Assembly (NCBI GenBank): GCA_012295275.1
Contig: CM022668.1
Span: forward strand, 310,001-374,000
Source of the DNA: Chrysomallon squamiferum
Taxonomy: Eukaryota > Animalia > Mollusca
Direction of reading: 5' to 3'
Length of the DNA stretch: 64,000 nucleotides
Part shown: one piece after another, positions 53,591 to 64,000 of the stretch
How positions within the stretch are numbered: position 1 is the first letter of the stretch
Layout: each line of letters starts with the position of its first letter
Position numbers and translations under genes: made by a program
The notes under the pieces: model-generated
Database searches by the model: none
What the model saw: the letters and a program-made list of their open reading frames with translations, nothing else
Told to the model about the DNA's origin: nothing

Positions 53591-56500
53591 GTGCGTGTTT
53601 CTGTTTATTGACAAGAGACGAACACTTCTCGCAACCGCTCGGACTCCGAAACTTCCAATCGTATGCACACATAACAGACAGCATTGAATGCGTTCAGTTC
53701 TCAACCAGCTCTTTAAACGCTGTTAAGGGTTAATCATTAGATCTGATTTTGATGAGCTGGTGGGTATGGGCGTTTATTGACAACAGACGAACACATCTCG
53801 CAACCGCTCACACTCCAAAACTTTCGATCGTATGCACACGTAACAGACAGCATTGAATGCGTTCAGTTCTCAACCAGCTCTTTAAACGCTGTTAAGGGTT
53901 AATCATTAGATCTGATTTTGATGAGCTGGTGGGTATGGGCGTTTATTGACAACAGACGAACACATCTCGCAACCGCTCACACTCCGAAACTTTCGATCGT
54001 ATGCACACGTAACAGACAGCATTGAATGCGTTCAGTTCTCAACCAGCTCTTTAAACGCTGTTAAGGGTTAATCATTAGATCTGATTTTGATGAGCTGGTG
54101 GGTATGGGCGTTTATTGACAACAGACGAACACATCTCGCAACCGCTCACACTCCGAAACTTTCGATCGTATGCACACGTAACAGACAGCATTGAATGCGT
54201 TCAGTTCTCAATCAGCTCTTTAAACGCTGTTAAGGGTTAATCATTACGTCTGATTTCCACGATGTTGTCCGTGATTCTGTTTATTGAGAAGAGACGAACA
54301 CACGTCGGAGCCGCTCGCACTCCGAAACTTTCAATCGGATAAACACATAACAGACAGCATTGAATGCGTTCAGTTCTCAACCAGCCCCTTAAACGCTGTT
54401 AAGGGTTAATCATTACATCTGATATCCATGACGTAGTGGGTGTTTCTGTTCATTGAGATGAGAGGAACACACCTCGGATCCGCTAGCACTCCGAAACTTT
54501 CAATCGTATGCACACGTAACAGACAGCATTGAATGCGTTCAGTTCTCAACCAGCCCCTTAAACGCTGTTAAGGGTTAATCATTACATCTGATTTCCATGA
54601 TTTTGTGCGTGATTCTGTTTATTGAGAAGAGACGAACACACGTCGGAGCCGCTCGCACTCCGAAACTTTCAATCGTATGAACACGTAACAGACAGCATTG
54701 AATGCGTTCAGTTCTCAACCAGCCCCTTAAACGCTGTTAAGGGTTAATCATTACATCTGATTTCCATGATTTTGTGCGTGATTCTGTTTATTGAGAAGAG
54801 ACGAACACACGTCGGAGCCGCTCGCACTCCGAAACTTTCAATCGGATAAACACATAACAGACAGCATTGAATGCGTTCAGTTCTCAACCAGCTCTTTAAA
54901 CGCTGTTAAGGGTTAATCATTAGATCAGATTTTGATGACCTGGTGGGTATGTGCGTTTATTGACAAGAGACGAACACATCTCGCAACCGCTCACACTCCG
55001 AAACTTTCAATCGTATGCACACGTAACAGACAGCATTGAATGCCTTCAGTTCTCAACCAGCCCCTTAAATGCTGTTAAGGGTTAATCATTACATCTGATA
55101 TCCATCATGTTGTGCGTGATTCTGTTTATTGAGAAGAGACGAACACACGTCGGAACCGCTCGCAGTGCGAAACTTTCAATCCTATACAGACATAACAGAC
55201 AGCATTGAATGAGTTCAGTTCTCAACCAGCTCTTTAAACGCTGTTAAGGGTTAATCATTAGATCTGATTTCCATGAGGTAGTGCGTGATTCTGTTTCTTG
55301 AGAAGAGACCAACACACGTTGGAGCCGCTCGCACTCCGAAACTTTCAATCGAATACACACGTAACAGACAGCATTGAATGCGTTCAGTTCTCAACCAGCT
55401 CTTTGAACGCTGTTAAGGGTTAATCATTAGATCTGATTTCGATGAGGTAGTGCGTGATTCTGTTTCTTGAGAAGAGACAAACACACGTTGGAGCCGCTCG
55501 CACTCCGAAACTTTCAATCGAATACACACATAACAGACAGCATTGAATGCGTTCAGTTCTCAACCAGCTCTTTAAAAGCTGTTAAGGGTTAATCATTACA
55601 TCTGATTTCGATGAGGTAGTGCGTGTTTCTATTTATTGAGAAGAGACGAACACACGTCGGAACCGATCGCAGTGCGAAACTTTCAATCCTATACAGACAT
55701 AACAGACAGCATTGAATGCGTTCTGTTTTCAAGCAGGTCTTTAAACGCTGTTAAGGGTTAATCATTAGATCTGATTTTGATGAGATGGTGGGTATGTGCG
55801 TTTAGTGAGAACAGACGAACACATCTCGCAACCGCTCGCACTCCGAAACTTCCAATCGTATGCACAGGTAACAGAGAGCATTGAATGCGTTCAGTTCTCA
55901 ACCAGCTCTTTAAACGCTGTTAAGGGTTAACCACTAGATCTGATTTTGATGAGCTGGTGGGTGTGTGCGTTTATTGACAAGAGACGAACACATCTCGCAA
56001 ACGCTCGCACGCCGAAACTTCCAATCGTATGCACAGGTAACAGACAGCATTGAATGCGTTCAGTTCTCAACCAGCTCTTTAAACGCTGTTAAGGGTTAAC
56101 CACTAGATCTGATTTTGATGAGCTGGTGGGTGTGTGCGTTTATTGACAAGAGACGAACACATCTCGCAAACGCTCGCACGCCGAAACTTCCAATCGTATG
56201 CACAGGTAACAGACAGCATTGAATGCGTTCAGTTCTCAACCAGCTCTTTGAACGCTGTTAAGGGTTAATCATTACATCTGATTTCGATGAGGTAGTGCGT
56301 GTTTCTATTTATTTTGAAGAGACGAACACACCTCGCAACCGCTCGCACTCCGAAACTTTCAATCGTACACACACATAACAGACAGCATTGAATGCGTTCA
56401 GTTCTCAACTAGCCCCTTAAACGCTGTTAAGGGTTAATCATTACATCTGATATCCATCATGTTGTGCGTGATTCTGTTTATTGAGAAGAGACGAACACAC

Positions 56501-59500
56501 GTCGGAGCCGCTCGCACTCCGAAACTTTCAATCGGATAAACACATAACAGACAGCATTGAATGCGTTCAGTACTTAACCAGACCCTTAAACGCTTTTAAG
56601 GGTTAATCATTACATCTGATATACATCACGTAGTGGGTGTTTCTGTTCATTGAGATGAGAGGAACACACCTCGCAACCGCTCGCACTCCGAAACTTTCAA
56701 TCGTATGCACACGTAACAGACAGCATTGAATGCGTTCAGTTCTCAACCAGCCCCTTAAACGCTGTTAAGGGTTAATCATTACATCTGATTTCCATCATTT
56801 TGTGCGTGATTCTGTTTATTGAGAAGAGACGAACACACGTCGGAGCCGCTCGCACTCCGAAACTTTCAATCGGATAAACACATAACAGACAGCATTGAAT
56901 GCGTTCAGTTCTTAACCAGCCCCTTAAACGCTGTTAAGGGTTAATCATTAGATCTGATTTCCATGAGGTAGTGCGTGATTCTGTTTCTTGAGAAGAGACC
57001 AACACACGTTGGAGCCGCTCGCACTCCGAAACTTTCAATCGAATACACACGTAACAGACAGCATTGAATGCGTTCAGTTCTCAACCAGCTCTTTAAACGC
57101 TGTTAAGGGTTAATCATTAGATCTGATTTCGATGAGGTAGTGCGTGATTCTGTTTCTTGAGAAGAGACAAACACACGTTGGAGCCGCTCGCACTCCGAAA
57201 CTTTCAATCGAATACACACATAACAGACAGCATTGAATGCGTTCAGTTCTCAACCAGCTCTTTAAACGCTGTTAAGGGTTAATCATTACATCTGATTTCG
57301 ATGAGGTAGTGCGTGTTTCTATTTATTGAGAAGAGACGAACACACGTCGGAACCGATCGCAGTGCGAAACTTTCAATCCTATACAGACATAACAGACAGC
57401 ATTGAATGCGTTCTGTTTTCAAGCAGGTCTTTAAACGCTGTTAAGGGTTAATCATTAGATCTGATTTTGATGAGATGGTGGGTATGTGCGTTTAGTGAGA
57501 ACAGACGAACACATCTCGCAACCGCTCGCACTCCGAAACTTCCAATCGTATGCACAGGTAACAGACAGCATTGAATGCGTTCAGTTCTCAACCAGCTCTT
57601 TAAACGCTGTTAAGGGTTAATCATTAGATCTGATTTCCATGAGGTAGTGCGTGATTCTGTTTCTTGAGAAGAGACCAACACACGTTGGAGCCGCTCGCAC
57701 TCCGAAACTTTCAATCGAATACACACATAACAGACAGCATTGAATGCGTTCAGTTCTCAACCAGCTCTTTAAAAGCTGTTAAGGGTTAATCATTACATCT
57801 GATTTCGATGAGGTAGTGCGTGTTTCTATTTATTTTGAAGAGACGAACACACCTCGCAACCGCTCGCACTCCGAAACTTTCAATCGTACACACACATAAC
57901 AGACAGCATTGAATGCGTTCAGTTCTCAACTAGCCCCTTAAACGCTGTTAAGGGTTAATCATTACATCTGATATCCATCATGTTGTGCGTGATTCTGTTT
58001 ATTGAGAAGAGACGAACACACGTCGGAGCCGCTCGCACTCCGAAACTTTCAATCGGATAAACACATAACAGACAGCATTGAATGCGTTCAGTTCTTAACC
58101 AGACCCTTAAACGCTTTTAAGGGTTAATCATTACATCTGATATCCATGACGTAGTGGGTGTTTCTGTTCATTGAGATGAGAGGAACACACCTCGCAACCG
58201 CTCGCACTCCGAAACTTTCAATCGTATGCACACGTAACAGACAGCATTGAATGCGTTCAGTTCTCAACCAGCCCCTTAAACGCTGTTAAGGGTTAATCAT
58301 TACATCTGATTTCCATGATTTTGTGCGTGATTCTGTTTATTGAGAAGAGACGAACACACGTCGGAGCCGCTCGCACTCCGAAACTTTCAATCGGATAAAC
58401 ACATAACAGACAGCATTGAATGCGTTCAGTTCTCAACCAGCCCCTTAAACGCTGTTAAGGGTTAATCATTAGATCTGATTTCCATGAGGTAGTGCGTGAT
58501 TCTGTTTCTTGAGAAGAGACCAACACACGTTGGAGCCGCTCGCACTCCGAAACTTTCAATCGAATACACACGTAACAGACAGCATTGAATGCGTTCAGTT
58601 CTCAACCAGCCCCTTAAACGCTGTTAAGGGTTAATCATTACATCTGATTTCCATGAGGTAGTGCGTGTTTCTGTTTATTGAGAAGAGACGAACACACGTC
58701 GGAGCCGCTCGCACTCCGAAACTTTCAATCGAATACACACATAACAGACAGCATTGAATGCGTTCAGTTCTCAACCAGCCCCTTAAACGCTGTTAAGGGT
58801 TAATCATTACATCTGATTTTCGATGATGATTTTGTGCGTGTTTCTGTTTATTGAGAAGAGACGAACACACGTCGGAACCGCTCGCACTCCGAAACTTTCA
58901 ATCGGATAACACACATAACAGACAGCATTGAATGCGTTCAGTTCTCAACCAGCTCTTTAAACGCTGTTAAGGGTTAATCATTAGATCTGATTTTGATGAC
59001 CTGGTGGGTATGTGCGTTTATTGACAAGAGACGAACACATCTCGCAACCGCTCGCACTCCGAAACTTTCAATCGTATGCACACGTAACAGACAGCATTGA
59101 ATGCGTTCAGTTCTCAACCAGCCCCTTAAACGCTGTTAAGGGTTAATCATTAGATCTGATTTCCATGAGGTAGTGCGTGATTCTGTTTCTTGAGAAGAGA
59201 CCAACACACGTTGGAGCCGCTCGCACTCCGAAACTTTCAATCGAATACACACATAACAGACAGCATTGAATGCGTTCAGTTCTCAACCAGCCCCTTAAAC
59301 GCTGTTAAGGGTTAATCATTACATCTGATATCCATCATGTTGTGCGTGTTTCTGTTTATTGAGAAGAGACGAACACACCTCGGAACCGCTCGCACTCCGA
59401 AACTTTCAATCGGATAAACACATAACAGACAGCATTGAATGCGTTCAGTTCTCAACCAGCCCCTTAAACGCTGTTAAGGGTTAATCATTACATCTGATTT

Positions 59501-62500
59501 CCATCATTTTGTGCGTGATTCTGTTTATTGAGAAGAGACGAACACACGTCGCAAACCGCTCGCACTCCGAAACTTTCAATCGGATAAACACATAACAGAC
59601 AGCATTGAATGCGTTCAGTTCTCAACCAGCCCTTTAAACGCTGTTAAGGGTTAATCATTAGATCAGATTTTGATGATCTGGTGGGTGATTCTGTTTATTG
59701 AGAAGAGACGAACACATCTCGGAACCGCTCGCACTCGCACTCCGAACTTTCAATCGATAAACACATAACAGACAGCATTGAATGCGTTCAGTTCTCAACC
59801 AGCTCTTTAAACGCTGTTAAGGGTTAATCATTAGATCTGATTTCCATGAGGTAGTGCGTGATTCTGTTTATTGAGAAGAGACGAACACACCTCGCAACCG
59901 CTCGCACTCCGAAACTTTCAATCGTATACACACATAACAGACAGCATTGAATGCGTTCAGTTCTCAACTAGCCCCTTAAACGCTGTTAAGGGTTAATCAT
60001 TACATCTGATATCCATCATGTTGTGCGTCATTCTGTTTATTGAGAAGAGACGAACACACGTCGGAGCCGCTCGCACTCCGAAACTTTCAATCGGATAAAC
60101 ACATAACAGACAGCATTGAATGCGTTCAGTACTTAACCAGACCCTTAAACGCTTTTAAGGGTTAATCATTACATCTGATATACATCACGTAGTGGGTGTT
60201 TCTGTTCATTGAGATGAGAGGAACACACCTCGCAACCGCTCGCACTCCGAAACTTTCAATCGTATGCACACGTAACAGACAGCATTGAATGCGTTCAGTT
60301 CTCAACCAGCCCCTTAAACGCTGTTAAGGGTTAATCATTACATCTGATTTCCATGATTTTGTGCGTGATTCTGTTTATTGAGAAGAGACGAACACACGTC
60401 GGAGCCGCTCGCACTCCGAAACTTTCAATCGGATAAACACATAACAGACAGCATTGAATGCGTTCAGTTCTCAACCAGCTCTTTAAACGCTGTTAAGGGT
60501 TAATCATTAGATCAGATTTTGATGACCTGGTGGGTATGTGCGTTTATTGACAAGAGACGAACACATCTCGCAACCGCTCACACTCCGAAACTTTCAATCG
60601 TATGCACACGTAACAGACAGCATTGAATGCCTTCAGTTCTCAACCAGCCCCTTAAATGCTGTTAAGGGTTAATCATTACATCTGATATCCATCATGTTGT
60701 GCGTGATTCTGTTTATTGAGAAGAGACGAACACACGTCGGAACCGCTCGCAGTGCGAAACTTTCAATCCTATACAGACACAACAGACAGCATTGAATGAG
60801 TTCAGTTCTCAACCAGCTCTTTAAACGCTGTTAAGGGTTAATCATTAGATCTGATTTCCATGAGGTAGTGCGTGATTCTGTTTCTTGAGAAGAGACCAAC
60901 ACACGTTGGAGCCGCTCGCACTCCGAAACTTTCAATCGAATACACACGTAACAGACAGCATTGAATGCGTTCAGTTCTCAACCAGCTGTTTAAAAGCTGT
61001 TAAGGGTTAATCATTACATCTGATTTCGATGAGGTAGTGCGTGTTTCTATTTATTTTGAAGAGACGAACACACCTCGCAACCGCTCGCACTCCGAAACTT
61101 TCAATCGTACACACACATAACAGACAGCATTGAATGCGTTCAGTTCTCAAACCCCCTTTAAACGCTGTTAAGGGTTAATCATTACATCTGATATCCATCA
61201 TGTTGTGCGTGATTCTGTTTATTGAGAAGAGACGAACACACGTCGGAGCCGCTCGCACTCCGAAACTTTCAATCGGATAAACACATAACAGACAGCATTG
61301 AATGCGTTCAGTTCTCAACCAGCCCTTTAAACGCTGTTAAGGGTTAATCATTAGATCTGATTTCCATGAGGTAGTGCGTGTTTCTGTTTATTGAGAGAAG
61401 AGACGAACACATCTCGCAACCGCTCGCACTCCGAAACTTTCAATCGTATGCACACGTAACAGACAGCATTGAATGCGTTCAGTTCTCAACCAGCCCTTTA
61501 AACGCTGTTAAGGGTTAATCATTAGATCTGATTTTGATGACCTGGTGGGTGTTTGTGTTTATTGAGAAGAGACGAACACACCTCGCAACCGCTCGCACTC
61601 CGAAACTTTCAATCGTATGCACAGGTAACAGACAGCATTGAATGCGTTCAGTTCTCAACCAGCTCTTTAAACGCTGTTAAGGGTTAATCATTAGATCTGA
61701 TTTTGATGAGCTGGTGGGTGTGTGCGTTTATTGAGAAGAGACGAACACATCTCGCAACCGCTCGCACTCCGAAACTTTCAATCGTATGCACACGTAACAG
61801 ACAGCATTGAATGCGTTCAGTTCTCAACCAGCCCCTTAAACGCTGTTAAGGGTTAATCATTACATCTGATATCCATCATGTTGTGCGTGATTCTGTTTAT
61901 TGAGAAGAGACGAACACACGTCGGAGCCGCTCGCACTCCGAAACTTTCAATCGGATAAACACATAACAGACAGCATTGAATGCGTTCAGTTCTTAACCAG
62001 CCCCTTAAACGCTTTTAAGGGTTAATCATTACATCTGATATACATCACGTAGTGGGTGTTTCTGTTCATTGAGATGAGAGGAACACACCTCGCAACCGCT
62101 CGCACTCCGAAACTTTCAATCGTATGCACACGTAACAGACAGCATTGAATGCGTTCAGTTCTCAACCAGCCCCTTAAACGCTGTTAAGGGTTAATCATTA
62201 CATCTGATTTCCATGATTTTGTGCGTGATTCTGTTTATTGAGAAGAGACGAACACACGTCGGAGCCGCTCGCAGTGCGAAACTTTCAATCCTATACAGAC
62301 ATAACAGACAGCATTGAATGCGTTCTGTTCTCAACCAGCCCCTTAAACGCTGTTTAGGGTTAGTCATTAGATCTGATTTCCACGAGGTAGTGCGTGATTC
62401 TGTTTATTGAGAAGAGACGAACACACCTCGCAACCGCTCGCACTCCGAAACTTTCAATCGTACACACACATAACAGACAGCATTGAATGCGTTCAGTTCT

Positions 62501-64000
62501 CAACCAGCCCCTTAAACGCTGTTAAGGGTTAATCATTACATCTGATATCCATCATGTTGTGCGTGATTCTGTTTATTGAGAAGAGACGAACACACGTCGG
62601 AGCCGCTCGCACTCCGAAACTTTCAATCGGATAAACACATAACAGACAGCATTGAATGCGTTCAGTTCTTAACCAGCCCCTTAAACGCTGTTAAGGGTTA
62701 ATCATTAGATCTGATTTCCATGAGGTAGTGCGTGATTCTGTTTCTTGAGAAGAGACCAACACACGTTGGAGCCGCTCGCACTCCGAAACTTTCAATCGAA
62801 TACACACGTAACAGACAGCATTGAATGCGTTCAGTTCTCAACCAGCTCTTTAAACGCTGTTAAGGGTTAATCATTACATCTGATTTCGATGAGGTAGTGC
62901 GTGTTTCTGTTTATTGAGAAGAGACGAACACACGTCGGAACCGCTCGCACTCCGAAACTTTCAATCGTATACACACATAACAGACAGCATTGAATGCGTT
63001 CAGTTCTCAACCAGCCCTTTAAACGCTGTTAAGGGTTAATCATTACATCTGATTTCCATGAGGTAGTGCGTGATTCTGTTTATTGAGAAGAGACGAACAC
63101 ACGTCGGAGCCGCTCGCACTCCGAAACTTTCAATCGGATAAACACATAACAGACAGCATTGAATGCGTTCAGTTCTCAACCAGCTCTTTAAACGCTGTTA
63201 AGGGTTAATCATTAGATCTGATTTTGATGAGCTGGTGGGTATGTGCGTTTATTGAGAAGAGACGAACACATCTCGCAACCGCTCGCACTCCGAAACTTCC
63301 AATCGTATGCACAGGTAACAGACAGCATTGAATGCGTTCAGTTCTCAACCAGCTCTTTAAACGCTGTTAAGGGTTAATCATTAGATCTGATTTTGATGAG
63401 CTGGTGGGTGTGTGCGTTTATTGAGAAGAGACGAACACATCTCGCAACCGCTCGCACGCCGAAACTTCCAATCGTATACACAGGTAACAGACAGCATTGA
63501 ATGCGTTCAGTTCTCAACCAGCTCTTTAAACGCTGTTAAGGGTTAATCATTAGATCTGATTTCCATGAGGTAGTGCGTGATTCTGTTTCTTGAGAAGAGA
63601 CGAACACACGTTGGAGCCGCTCGCACTCCGAAACTTTCAATCGAATACACACGTAACAGACAGCATTGAATGCGTTCAGTTCTCAACCAGCTCTTTAAAC
63701 GCTGTTAAGGGTTAATCATTACATCTGATTTCGATCATCTGATTTCGATGAGGTAGTGCGTGTTTCTATTTATTTTGAAGAGACGAACACACCTCGCAAC
63801 CGCTCGCACTCCGAAACTTTCAATCGTACACACACATAACAGACAGCATTGAATGCGTTCAGTTCTCAACTAGCCCCTTAAACGCTGTTAAGGGTTAATC
63901 ATTACATCTGATATCCATCATGTTGTGCGTGATTCTGTTTATTGAGAAGAGACGAACACACGTCGGAGCCGCTCGCACTCCGAAACTTTCAATCGGATAA
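53591..64000. repeat. 169-bp satellite DNA array (~61 monomers, runs off the window); candidate centromeric or pericentromeric satellite
   Basis: CATTGAATGC anchor at 53682, 53851, 54020 (period 169); head-to-tail monomers to the end of the window, with several discrete monomer variants. Confidence 0.98.

Noticed and set aside
53740-53840. Hammerhead ribozyme in the satellite (TGATGAG ... CGAAAC)
   Set aside because: No CTGANGA core (C3 missing, most variants read CCATGA/CGATGA), and no convincing stems I and III around a cleavage triplet
53591-53900. CENP-B box or telomeric repeats in the monomer
   Set aside because: No TTCG-N4-A-N2-CGGG match seen on either strand; TTAAGGGTTAA is a single imperfect telomere-like word
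53591-64000. CRISPR-like alternation of constant and variable segments
   Set aside because: The variable parts are homologous variants of one sequence, not unique spacers; eukaryotic context and no cas genes

Overview
AT-rich, microsatellite-rich, intron-containing animal genomic DNA, probably a mollusc or other lophotrochozoan (inference). The left two-thirds hold four intact spliced genes, reconstructed by hand from GT-AG junctions: a bestrophin (+, 11 coding exons, ~638 aa), EFHB (-, 9 exons, ~585 aa), Rab5 (+, 213 aa) lying head-to-head with EFHB as in human, and a divergent tandem Rab5 paralog (+, 220 aa). Introns contain two hAT MITEs with perfect 8-bp target-site duplications (TSDs), a LINE remnant, a 51-bp hairpin covering an EFHB splice acceptor, and a tandemly duplicated bestrophin acceptor. 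From ~43.7 kb the window changes to decayed, nested transposons: an I/Nimb-like LINE, an RT-deleted Mag-type Gypsy, and a Buster-type hAT with mismatched flanks. These are followed by an old ~43-bp minisatellite, a ~0.5-kb tandem repeat, and a >10.4-kb array of a 169-bp satellite with conserved and variable halves, dyad symmetry and higher-order structure. This looks like a sharp gene-to-(peri)centromere border.
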